Source: Heterodontus francisci (taxonomy: Eukaryota). From it: 64,000 bases of DNA. The position numbers were made by a program, and so were the translations under genes. The first letter of the stretch is position 1. The number at the start of each line of letters is the position of its first letter. Positions 50,388-62,543 of the stretch are shown one piece after another. The DNA is taken from NCBI RefSeq assembly GCF_036365525.1, contig NC_090404.1, forward strand, positions 7,068,001 through 7,132,000. Reading direction: 5' to 3'. The notes beneath the pieces were generated by a model. That model saw only the letters and a list, made by a program, of their open reading frames with translations. It made no database searches and had not been told where the DNA came from.

Positions 50388-51382
50388 TCGATTGAATTTC
50401 GGTCGCCCTGAATTTTCCTCATTTTCTAACATCTCTGTATTACTCAAACAAACTGTAAAAGTAAAATTCCAACAGTTGATGGTTCTGAAACTGTAACTGA
50501 GAAATTCAGAAACATTATTTCCGTTTTTCTCTTTGTAATGTTTGAGATAATCGTGGCTTTAATGTAAATATGTTTTCGAATTTGACCTTTGTTTGAACTT
50601 GATGTGTAAATAAGTAAATATTCCTGATTCACAATTGTGTCCTTCACTTTACGTTGAGCCATTTTTTGTCTCTCTGGTCTTGTTACAGTTTTACAGACAG
50701 CTGGCAGCTCATGTGTTCTGTTCTCAGTTTATCGCACAGTTGTTACATTCAGTTTCGACCTTTCCCTTAAAAAAACGGAATTCTCTGTAAAATGCTCCTG
50801 TTGAAATTGTTAATAATCTTGAATATGGACGAACATGGACTTGCTGAATTCCTGGTGCCAATGACAACACTGTTCCATGTTCCCTATTACACGTTTTCCC
50901 ATTTCCTAGACAGCTATTTTTCACCAGTTCTGTCTGGGTTGTGTTTGAACACAATGCCCTTCAGTGAAGGAGCCGCTGCGCCATCCATAGCCCCATTAGA
51001 TTAAAGACACATTTCCCCCTGCCTTATTATGTCAATCGCCAGAGACAGAATGACTGCACAGTGACAAAGAACACCTTGCTGACTTCTCCCATCATATGGT
51101 CTATCACAGTCACATGCCAGGTTATATTAAAGAGCAGCACTCTGCTCCCACACAGCCTGATATGTACAATATGGAAGAATACTGTTCCATCAATATTTTA
51201 CAGGGCAGATATGGCACTGCTTTGATAGAGAGTAAATCTCCCTCTTCACTGTCCCATCAAACACTCCCAAGGCCGGTACAGCACAGGTTAGATACAGAGT
51301 AAAGCTTCCGATAAACAGTACCATCAAACAGGGCAGGCATTGCCCGGTGTACATACTGTGTAAAACTCCTTCTACAGCGAAA

Positions 51383-51630
51383 CATAGACATAGAAACATA
51401 TAAAATAGGAGCAGGAGTAGGCCATTTGTCCCTTCGAGCCTGCTCCACCATTCATTATGATCAGTAGCCTGTTCTGGCTTTCGCACCATACCCTTTGACC
51501 TCTTTATTCCCAAGAGCTATATATAACTTCTTTCTGAAAATATACAAAGTTTCGGACTCAACTGCTTTCGATGGTAGCGAATTCCACAGGCTCACCACTC
51601 TCTGGGTGAAGAAATTTCTCCTCATCTCAG
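51383..51630 (-). mobile_element. Short CR1 3' end inserted in the ~65-bp repeat
   Basis: MRRNFFTQRVVSLWNSLP and tail. Confidence 0.8.
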
Positions 51631-51670
51631 TACACTGTCCCATCAAGCACTCCAGGACAGTAGCAGCACA

Positions 51671-53030
51671 CTTCTTCACACCCTACCTCCTGTAAGGACT
51701 CCATTCCATTCTCCCAGTTTCTCCATCTCCGACGCATCTGCTCTGATGATGCTACCTTCCATGACGGTGCTTCTGATATGACCTCCATTTTCCTCAACCG
51801 AGGATTTCCCCCCACTGTGGTTGACAGGGCCCTCAACCGTGTCCGACCCATTCCCCGCACCACTACCCTCACCCCTTCCCCTCCCTCCCAGAACCGTGAC
51901 AGGGTTCCCCTTGTCCTCACTTTTCATCCCACCAGCCTCCATATCCAAAGGATCATCCTCCGCCATTTTCGCCACCTCCAGCGTGATGCCACTACCAGTC
52001 GCATCTTCCCCTCCCTTCCCCTGTCAGCATTCCGAAGGGATCATTCCCTCCGCGACACCCTGGTCCACTCCTCCATTACCCACACCAACTCGTCCCCGTC
52101 CCAGGGCACCTTCCCTTGCAATCGCAGGAGGTGTAATACCTGCCCATTTACCTCCTCTCTCCTCACTATCCCAGGCCCCAAACTCTCCTTTCAGGTGAAG
52201 CAGCGATTTACTTGTACTTCTTTCAATGTAGTATACTGTATTCGCTGCTCACACTGTGGTCTCCCCTACATTGGGGAGACCAAGCGCAGACTGGGTGACT
52301 GTTTTGTGGAACATCTCCGCTCAGTCCACAAGCAGGACACTGAGCTTCCGGTTGCTTGCCATTTCAACACACCCCCCTGCTCTCATGCTCACATCTCTGT
52401 CCTGGGATTTCTGCAGTGTTCCAGTGAGCATCAATGCAAGCTCGAGGAACAGCATCTCATTTACGGATTAGGCACACTACAGCCTGCCGGACTGAACATT
52501 GAGTTCAATAATTTCAGAGCATGACAGCCCCCCACTTTACTTTCATTTTTAGTCATTTTTAGTTATTTTTTCTTCCTTTTTTTTACATTCCTTTTTACAT
52601 TTTTTACAATCTTTTTTTGCATTTATTTCATTTCATCTTAGTCTCACCCACTGTTTTTTTCAGGTTGTTTTTCTTCAGGTTTGCACTTGCAGCTGTTCAA
52701 TATTCAGTATATTCACACCTAATCTGTACTAATGCTTTGTCTTTCAACACACCATTAACATATTGTTTGCCTTTGCTCCGTGACCTTTTTGTCAGCTATG
52801 TGGCCTGGTCCAATCTGCACCTTCTCCTTTGTTATCTCTTGCCCAACCCCCACCTCACTTGTTTATAATCTGTGACTTTTCTAATATTTGTCAGTTCCGA
52901 AGAAGGGTCACTGACCCGAAACGTTAACTCTGCTTCTCTTTCCACAGATGCTGCCAGACCTGCTGAGTGAATCCAGCATTTCTTGTTTTTGTTTCAGATT
53001 TCCAGCATCCGCAGTATTTTGCTTTTATTC
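51671..53030 (+). mobile_element. Penelope-like retroelement, same family, more truncated
   Basis: ORF 51778-52524 with GIY-YIG (VVYCIRCSHCGLPYIGET). Nearly identical to the 14.9-16.3 kb copy. 13-bp TSD CAGTAGCAGCACA at 51658-51670 and 53031-53043. Confidence 0.92.
52893..52929 (+). ncRNA. Minimal hammerhead-ribozyme-like motif in the Penelope terminal region
   Basis: AGTT-CCGAAGA-A-GGGTC(ACT)GACCC-GAAAC-GTT-AACT: stem I AGTT/AACT, CNGANGA core, 5-bp stem II, GAAA, palindromic AACGTT. Confidence 0.65.
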
Positions 53031-53063
53031 CAGTAGCAGCACAGGTTAGATACAACACAGACA

Positions 53064-53390
53064 CATGAGGGAGCACAAACACTGTGAATGATTCCGAGAG
53101 ACTGGTGAATATCTGACACAATATACCATTGAGCGCAAATGCGGGAATTATTCCAAGAGTCTGGGGTCCATCTGACACAACAGGGAGCACAAAGCCTAGG
53201 AATGATCCCACAGCCTGGGGCCTGTCTAATACACCAGAGAGGGCAACCGCTGGGAATGATTTCCAAAGCCTGACGTCAATGTGAAAAACAAGGAAGCAGA
53301 ATTCCTGGGTTGATTCCCAGAGCCGGAGTCCTGTCTGTCAGAAGAGAGAGCACAAATTGTAGGAATGACTGCCGGAGTCTGAGGCTTATC
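53064..53390 (+). repeat. Degenerate ~55-bp minisatellite, about 6 units
   Basis: Recurring gagcacaaa...ggaatgattcc...gcctggg...tctgacacaa. Confidence 0.7.
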
Positions 53391-53414
53391 TTATCCAGTG
53401 ACTCTGTCTTTGCA

Positions 53415-56400
53415 TTTTCCGTTATGGATACGGTTGTGGGGGACGACCTACCAGAGGAAAGCCACAGTGGCCAGGTCTCTGGCTCTGAGACTGGCACAGT
53501 GGCCCAGCAGGGAAGGGGGGAGAATAGGAGAGAGATAGTTTTAGGGTCAGAGGAACAGACAGGAGATTCTGTGGTCGCGAACGAGACTCCCAGATGGTAT
53601 GTTGCCTCCCGGGTGCCAGGATCAGGGATGACTCGGATCGAGTCCACAGGATTCTTAAGGGTGAAAGGGAGCAGCCAGAGGCCGTGGTACATCGGGTTGC
53701 ATCTGAACTGGAGTGGCACCCATATCCTGGGTGGGAGGTTTGCGAGAGCTCTTTGGGAGGGTTTAAACTAGTTTGGCAGGGGGATGGGAACCGGAGCCAC
53801 AGATCAGTGGATGGGGTAGCTGTTGAACAGGCAGATACCGAGTGCAGAGAGTCTGTGAGGAAAGTTAGACAGTTGACAGGGCAAAGATGCAGCCAGTATG
53901 ATGGGTTGAAATGTATCTATTTTAATGCAAGAAGTGTCAGGAATAAGGGCGATGAACTTAGAGCATGGATCAGTACTTGCAGCTACGATGTTGTGGCCAT
54001 TACGGAGACGTGGATATCACAGGGGCAGGAATGGATGTTGGATGTTCCGGGGTTTAGATGTTTCAAAAGGAAAAGGGAGGGAGGTAAAAGAGGTGGCGGA
54101 GTGGCATTGTTAATCAGGGATAGTATCACAGCTGCAGAAAGGGAGGTCGTCGAGGAGGGTTTGTCTACTGAGTCATTATTGGTGGAAGTCAGAAACAGGA
54201 AAGGAGCAGTCACTTTGTTGGGAGTTTTCTATAGACCCCCCAATAGCAACAGAGATATGGAGGAACAGATTGGGAGGCAGATTTTGGAAAGGTGCAGAAG
54301 TAACAGGGTTGTTGTCATGGGTGACTTCAACTTCCCAAATATTGATTGGAACCTCCTTAGTGCAAATAGTTTGGATGGAGCAGTTTTTGTCAGGTGTATC
54401 CAGGAAGGTTTCCTGACTCAGTATGTAGATAGGCCGACTAGAGGGGAGACTATGTTGGACTTGGTGCTTGACAACGAACCAGGCCAGGTGGCAGAACTCT
54501 CAGTGGGAGAGCATTTCGGTGAAAGTGATCACAACTCCCTGACCTTTACTATAGTCATGGAGAGGGACAGGAGCAGACGGGATGAGAAAATATTTAATTG
54601 GGGGAGGGGGAATTACAATGCTATTAGGACGGAACTGGGGAGCATAAATTGGGAACAAATGTTCTCAGGGAAATGCACGACAGAAATGTGGAGGTTGTTT
54701 AGGGAGCACTTGCTGCGACTGCTGGATAGGTTTGCCCCGATGAGGCAGGGAAGGGATGGTAGGGTGACGGAACCTTGGATGACAAGAGATGTGGAACAGC
54801 TAGTCAAGAGGAAGAAGGAAGCTTACTTAAGATTGAGGAAGCAAGGATCAGACACGGCTCGAGAGCTTTACAAGGTAGCCAGGAAGGAACTGAAGAATGG
54901 ACTTAGGAGAGCTAGAAGGGGACATGAAAAAGTCTTGGTGGGGAGGTTTAAGGACATTCCCAAGGCTTTCTACACTTATGTTAAGAACAAGAGGATGGCC
55001 AGAGTGAGGCTAGGGCCGATCAGGGATAGTGGAGGGAACTTGTGCCTGGAGTCGGAGAAGGTAGGGGAGTTCCGAAATGAATACTTTGCTTCAGTATTCA
55101 CTAGTGAGAAGGACCTGGTGGTTTGTGAGGACAGCGTGGAACAGGCTGATATTCTCGAACAGATTGAGGTTAAGCGGGAGGATGTGCTGGAAATTTTGAA
55201 TGATATGAGGACAGATAAGTCCCCGGGGCCAGACGGGAAATACCCAAGGATATCACGGGAAGCGAGGGAAGAGATTGCTGCGCCTTTGGCGATGATCTTT
55301 GCGACTTCACTGTCCACTGGAGTAGTACCAGATGATTGGAGGTTGGCAAATGTTGTTCCCTTGTTCAAGAAAGGGAATAGGGATGACCCTGGGAATTATA
55401 GACCAGTCAGTCTTAGGTCGGTAGTGGGCAAATTATTGGAGAGGATTCTGAGAGACAGGATTTATGATTATTTGGAAAAGCATGGTTTGATTAGAGACAG
55501 TCAGCATGGCTTTGTAAGGGGCAGGTCATGCCTCACAAGACTTATTGAATTCTTTGAGGATGTGACAAAACACATTGATGAAGGAAGAGCAGTGGATGTG
55601 GTGTATATGGATTCTAGCAAGGCGTTTGATAAGGTTCCCCATGGTAGGCTCATTCAGAAAGTAAGGAGGCATGGGATTCAGGGAACGTTGGCTGTCTGGA
55701 TACAAAATTGGCTGGCCCATAGAAGTCAGAGGGTGGTAGTAGATGGAAAGTATTCAGCATGGAGCTCGGTGACCAGTGGTGTTCCACTAGGATCTGTTCT
55801 GGGACCTCTGCTCTTTGTGATTTTTATAAATGACTTGGATGAGGAAGTTGAAGGCTGGGTTAGCAAGTTTGCCGATGACACGAAGGTTGCTGGATTTGTG
55901 GATAGTGTGGAAGGCTGTTGTAGGTTGCAACTGGACATTGACAGGATGCAGAGCTGGGCTGAGAAGTGGCACATGGAGTTCAACCTGGAAAAGTGTGAAG
56001 TGATTCATTTTGGAAGGTCGAATTTGAATGTGGAATAGAGGCTTAAAGACAGGATTCTTGGTTGCGTGGAGGAACAGAGGGATCTTGGGGTCCATGTCCA
56101 TAGATCGCTCAAAGTTGCCACCCAAGTTGATAGGCTTGTTAAGAAGGCGTCTGGCGTGTTGGCTTTCATTAACAGGGGGATTGAGTTTAAGAGCCGCGAT
56201 GTTATGCTGCAGCTCTATAAGTCCCTGGTTCGACCACACTTGGAATATTGTGTTCAATTCTGGTCGCCTCATTATAGGAAGAATGTGGAAGCTTTAGAGA
56301 GGGTGCAGAGGATATTTACCAGGATGCTGCCTGGACTGGAGGGCACGTCCTACGAAGGAAGATTGAGGGAGCTGGGGCTTTTCTCATTGGAGTGAAGAAG

Positions 56401-56775
56401 GATGAGAGGTGACTTGATAGAGGGGTACACGATGATGAGAAACATAGATAGAGTGGATAGTCAGAGACTTTTTCCCAGGGTGGAAAGAGCTATCACCAGG
56501 GGGCATAATTTTAAGGTGATTGGAGGAAGATTTCGGGCCGATGTCAGAGGTAGGTTCTTAACACAGAGAGTGGTGGGTGCGAGAAATGCGCTGCCAGCGG
56601 TGGTAGTAGAAGCCGATACATTAGGGGCATTTAAGCGACTCTTGGATTGGTACATGGATGATAGTAGAATGAAGGGTAGGTAGTTAGTTTGATCTTAGAG
56701 TAGGTTAAAGATTCGGCACAACATCGTGGGCCGAAGGGCCTGTACTGTGCTGTACTGTTCTATGTTCTTTGTTCT
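53415..56775 (+). mobile_element. Near full-length CR1-clade LINE (ORF1 esterase remnant + ORF2 APE/RT)
   Basis: VCCLPGA (ORF1), YFNARS, VAITETW, VMGDFNFP, SDH (APE), KAFDKVPH, GSVLGP, SKFADD (RT). Stops at about 56038 and 56395. 3' tail gggccgaagggcctgt...(ttctatg). Confidence 0.93.
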
Positions 56776-57139
56776 GTACACAAAACACGCTCTCTGCCTG
56801 TTAAGTTAGACGCACACACATGCTCCACTTTTCTGGTATGCACATGCAGAATCTCTGCTTCCTACCTTTCTACTGTGCCCGTGACCCCTGCTCCTCTGTC
56901 ACCTGTTTTCCTGATGACCTTTAACTCTGCTCCGCTACATTCCCTCTGATACCATCTCCCTGAACACGCTGAACAGCACCCTAGGGATCCGCCATTAAGA
57001 AGCTGAATTGTTCTCTACCTCCTTCACAGACTCACCGGATGTTTTTGACGCCTCCCAGCCAAGGGAACATCTTCAGAGATTTCTGATCAGGTCCGAGGAT
57101 CTTCCAAAATTTTCCTTCTAATGCGGAGCCGCATTTCCT

Positions 57140-58075
57140 CCATCTTCAGCTGCTTCATCAATGACCTTCCTACAATCATAAGCTGAGAAGTGGGGATGTT
57201 TGCTGCTGATGGCACAATGATCAGCACCTTTAGCAACTCCTCAGATACTGAGACAGTCCGTGTAGAAATGCAACAAGACTTGAACAATATTCAGGCCTGG
57301 GCTGATAAGTGGCAAGTAACACTCATGCCACACAAGTGCCAGTCAATGAAGATCTCCAACAAGAGCGATTCTAACCATCTCATCCTGACATCCAAGGGAA
57401 TTATGGTCGCTGAATCCTCCATTATCAACATTTTGGGCTTACTATTGACAAGAAGCTGAACAGGAGTAGCCATAGAAATACCAAGGTTCGGAATTCTGCG
57501 GCGAGTAACTCACCTCCTGACTCACCAAAGCCTGTCCACAATCTGCAAGGAAAAAGTCAGGAGTGTGATGGAATATTCCCCAGTTGCCTGGATGGGTGCA
57601 GCTCCAATAACCTTTAAGAAACTCGACGCCTTCCAGGACAAAGCAACCCGCTTAGATTGTCACCCCATCCACTAACATTCACTCCCTCCACCACCGACGC
57701 ATAGTGGCAGCAGTGTGTACCATCTACAAGATGCACTGCAGCAACTCACCAAGGCTTCTTGGACAGCACGTTCCAAACCCGCGACCTCTACCAACTCGAA
57801 GGACAAGAGCAGCAGATGCATGGAAACACCACCAACTGCAAGTTCCCCTCCAAGCCACATGCCATCCTGTCTTGGAACTATATCGCCGTTTCTTCACTGT
57901 AACTGGATGAAAATCCTGGAACTCGCTTCCTAACAGCACTTTGGATGTACCGACACCAGAAGGACTGCAGCGGTTCAATAAGGCAGCTCATCACCAGCTT
58001 CTCGAGGGCAATTAGGGATGGGCAATAAACACACACCTGACCAGCGATGCCCACATCCCATGAAGGAATTACAAA
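57140..58075 (+). mobile_element. Second LINE family, 3' part
   Basis: MFAADG (decayed FADD), WADKWQV and tail. Confidence 0.78.
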
Positions 58076-58879
58076 ACAACTGATATTCAGGTGTCAGGTC
58101 TCCTGTGGGTGAATATGATATCAGGTTAAGGGAGGGAAGATTTAACGGCCCTTTGAAGGGCTCGGAATGATATTTGGGAATGGGTGGTGTTGATGCCTGA
58201 ACTCTTTCTCTGTCCCAATCTCTCTGCTCCCTCATCCCCCACCACTATCATTTGGGGCCGTCCTGTCCTCTAAGCTACATTTATCTTGAATTGCCCTCAT
58301 TGTCTCACTCTCTGTCCCTCTGACCTTTCCCCAGACTGGGTCAGTCTCATTGGTGCACGGCCCCTTTAAGATGCTGGATAAACCTGCCATGAGTCAGAGA
58401 TTACAGGGGCTGCGCGGAGGCTGGAGATGGCCGTGGCTCACTGACGCTCAATGAATTGGGGAAATAACCAATCATAGTGCGGTGACGTGATGTAACAATT
58501 ATTCCGCCATCCACAGCTGGTCCAACTGGCCTCCACCGTGGTTCTGAGACGGAAGCTCCACCATTTTTCCATGACGGACGCTCCGACACCTCTGTGTGGC
58601 GTACGGTCGGCCATGTTTCAGTGACGTCACAGGGTGTTTGGCGTTTATTAAAAAGAACAATTCGATTGAAAGGAAAACTGAATTCAGTTTCTATCAAAAT
58701 TGTTGTTCCATATGCACCTATAAAAGTGAAGGTTTCGTCCGGTATCTCAATACATAAAGATGTGGATAAACAGTTGTCGTTGGGCACATGTGCTGTCCGG
58801 TCTCCCAGAGTACAGCGCGACCCATCCTTTCGCAACTGCTGTGAATTGTGGGAGCGACAGCCCTCCATGGCCCAGTCAT

Positions 58880-60940
58880 TAACTGAGTAAATCCAAACTC
58901 AACCACCCTTCCATCCGGGTATTGCCAGGGTTGTTATCCTGGACAGACTTAAAAGTGAGGTGGCAACCTGGTGAAGCAACAACAAAGGACTACATTCATG
59001 GTAAACAGTGACAGTAGCATGCTAGAGTCAGAGGTAAGTGATACCACAACCAATGGATCAGATCAAAGCTCTGCGGACCTGCGACATGAACATGAAGCAA
59101 ATAACCAAAGGAGGAGGCTCCAAAAAGATCCTCATCCTCAATGATGGGGAAGACCAGCATGTCACTGCAAAAGACAAGACAATTTACAACCATCTTCAGC
59201 CAGAAATGCTGAGTGGATGATTGCTTTCAGTCTCCTCCTGAGGTCCCCAGCATCGAGGATGCCAGTCTTCAGCTAATTCAAAGAACAAAGAACAGTACAG
59301 CACAGCCACAGGCCATTCGGCATTCCAAGCCTGCGCCGTATTGATGCCTGTCTAAACTAAAACCTTCGAAATTCAATTCACTCCACGTGATATCAACAAA
59401 ACGGCTGATGGCACTGACATCCCAGCTGCAGTATCGAAGACCTGTGCTCCAGAACTGGCTTTACCGCGAGCCAAGTTGTTCCAGTACATTTACAGCACCT
59501 GCATCTACCCGGCAATGTGGAAAATTGTCCAGGTATGTCTTGTCCGCTAAAAGTAAGACAATTCAGCCCGGCTAATTACCACCCCATCAGTCCATTTTCA
59601 AACATTAGCAAAGTAATGGAAGGTTTCATTGGCAGTGATATCGACTGGCAGTTTCTCAGCAAAAACCAGCTCACCGATTCTCAGTTTAGGTTCAGCAAGG
59701 GCCACTTGACTCCAAACTTCATTACAGCCTGGGTATATACATGGACCAAGGAGCTGACTTCCAGGGCTGAGATGGGAGTGACTGCCTTTGACATCAAGGC
59801 AGCATTTGACTGAGTGTGGTAACAAAGACTCTCGCAAAATTGAAGTCAATGGGAATCAGGGAGAAAATACTGCACTGGCTGTAGTCAAACCTAGCACAAA
59901 TGATTGTGGTTGTTCGAGGTCACTCACCACAGCCCCAGGAAATCAATGCAGGAGTTCCTCAGTGTAGTGTCCTCGGCCCAACCACCTTCAGCTGTTTCAT
60001 CAATGATTTTCTCTCCATCATAAGGTCAGAGACTGGGATCATCGTTGATGATTGTAGTGTTCAGTATCATTCATGTCTCCTCCAGATATGAAGCATTCTG
60101 CCCCTGCATGCATCAAGATCTGGACAGCATTCAGTCTTACGTTGTTAAGTGACAAATAACGTTCGCGCCACCCAGGTGCCAGGCAAGGACCATCCCCAAC
60201 AAGAGAGAATCTGACCATCTCCCATTCACGTTCAATTAAATGACCATCACTGTATTCCCCACCATCAACGTTCTGTGAATTAATATTAACAGGAAACTTA
60301 ACTGGACAAGACATATAAATACTGTGGCTACACGAGCAGGTCAGAGGCTAGGAATCCTGGGTCGAGGAACTCACCTCTTGACTTCCCAAAGCCTGTCCAC
60401 CATTTAGAAGGTACATGTCAGGAGTGTGATGGAATACTCTCAACATTCCTGAATGACTGGGGCTCTAACAACACTCAAGAAGCTCGACACAATCCAGGAC
60501 AAAGCAACCCGCTTCATCAGCACACCATACACAACATTAAACATTCATTCCCTCCACCACTGGCGCAGAGTGGCAGTAGTGTGTACCATCTACAAGATGC
60601 CCTGCAGCAACTCATCTCGGCTCCTTCGCCGGGACTTTTCAAATCCGTGACCTCACCCTACCTAGAACTGCAAGGGCAGGAAACGCATGGGAACACCATC
60701 ACCTGCAAATTCCCTTTCAAGCCACACATCATCCTGACGTGGATCTACATTGCCGTTCCTTCACTCTTGCTGGGTCAAAAACCTGGAACTCCGTCCCTAA
60801 CAACACCGTGGGTGTTACTATACACAATGGACTGCAGCGGTTAAGAAAGCTGCTCACCACCACCTTCTCAAGGACATTTAGGGATGGAAGACCAATGCTG
60901 ACCTAGTCAGAGACTCTCATTTCCCATGAAATAATAAAAA
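58880..60940 (+). mobile_element. Second LINE family, longer decayed ORF2
   Basis: NYHPIS, DIKAAFD, GVPQCSVLGP and tail. A small CR1 tail is nested at about 59280-59370. Confidence 0.8.
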
Positions 60941-62219
60941 AACAGACTGCAGTGTCCTGCGGAGCGGAGAGAACCTCTGAGCAGATTGCAGACTGAATCC
61001 AGAACATCACAAAGGTGGTGTCTGCTCATCAACCAAACACGGATTGAAGCAAAGAAATGGAAATAGGAAACTCTGCTGATCCCCGTGGAAGCAGGATGAC
61101 CATAAATGTAACCCCGAGAGTGATATATCACACAGAAGAAGTAGTTTTACTTTATATAATAGAAAGGGAGAGACTTTAATTTATGTCGCACCTTTCACGG
61201 CTTCAGGACGTCCAAAAGCGTCTTATAGTTAAGGAAAAACGTTTCAGGTGTAGTTACTGTTCCAATGCAGGTAATATTATTGACATAGAGTGAGGTCAGA
61301 ATACTTTTACAGAACATTTTGTCAATCTGACCCTGGTGGATGTGAAGGGATTTGGAAATGCCGATACTTTCCCGATAATTCCAATTGATCATCAATAATA
61401 AAAACAATATCGGATCACAAAAAAAATCGATGCAATTGTCTGCCGGTCTGTCTGTTTATAACACATTGAAATACCGTTCCGAACGGAACAATTGTTATCC
61501 TTCTTCAGACTATACAGTGACAATGGGTGAATGAAAAACATTGATTGCAGCACTTCACTGTTTCAGTCAACCGTGCCGTGACACCTGTGATTTAACCTTG
61601 CTGTCAATACACCGCCCTGTGCAGTATTCCCACACAAAAGTAATGCCTGTAATCTCCAGCTGTCACCTGTGAAACCACGAAACTGACGGCTTTACGTTTG
61701 GCCAAAAATGAGGTGCTGGAGCGCCATCGAGTGGCGTCAGGCGGTAAATGAAATACTGACTGTGAAAAATGTGGATTCTCAATTTACTCACCAAACTGCT
61801 GCATTATCACGTTGAACTATTATTATGCTAGAGTTCTATAGTTGTCACTGTTTTATTTTTATTATCACTGTAACTGCCGTTGCTATTTTATAATAATTCT
61901 GAGATTTCTTGTCTCGGTTTACGGGTGTGATCATGTCACTAACACATTACACGCGCATTCGCAAACATTAGCAGAACTTAGCATTAATAATTCCTCGGTT
62001 CATATGATTGGATTTCTAATTTGCTAGGACTAGAAGTCTTTCAACCTCTCGAATCATCAAATACGAAGATCAAGCAACATTCAGAAACTCCATGAAGCGA
62101 AGGTGATTAATATTTTGCTGTTGAGGTTTAATCTGTATGTTGAACCCAACACGATATAAAAATGTAAATCAATTTCATTGCATATCAAACAATTCCAGTT
62201 GGCATCATTAGGAGTTAAG

Positions 62220-62543
62220 AGAGCAAAGCTCTCTGTGAACTATCCAATCAGACACTCCGAGAGTCGGTACAACATGGGTTAGATTCAGAGTAAAGCTCCC
62301 TCAACACTGTCCTTTCAAACACTGCCAACGGAGGTATAGCACGGGTCAGGAAGAGAGTAAAGCTGCCTCTGCGCTGCCCCATCAAACACTCCCAAGATGA
62401 GTACAACACGGGTTAGGTACAGAGTAAAGCTCCCTCTGCGCTGCCCCATCAAACACTCCCAGGGCAGGAACAGCACAGGTTAAATATGGAGTGAAGCTCC
62501 CTCTGCGCTGCCCCAACAAACACTCCCAGGGCAGGTACAGCAT
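62220..62543 (+). repeat. ~63-65-bp tandem repeat (acagagtaaagctccctct...catcaaacactcccagggcaggtacagcac...)
   Basis: About 5 units. Related units occur at 51225-51380, 51630-51670 and 53031-53055, and inverted at about 40700-41000. Confidence 0.85.
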
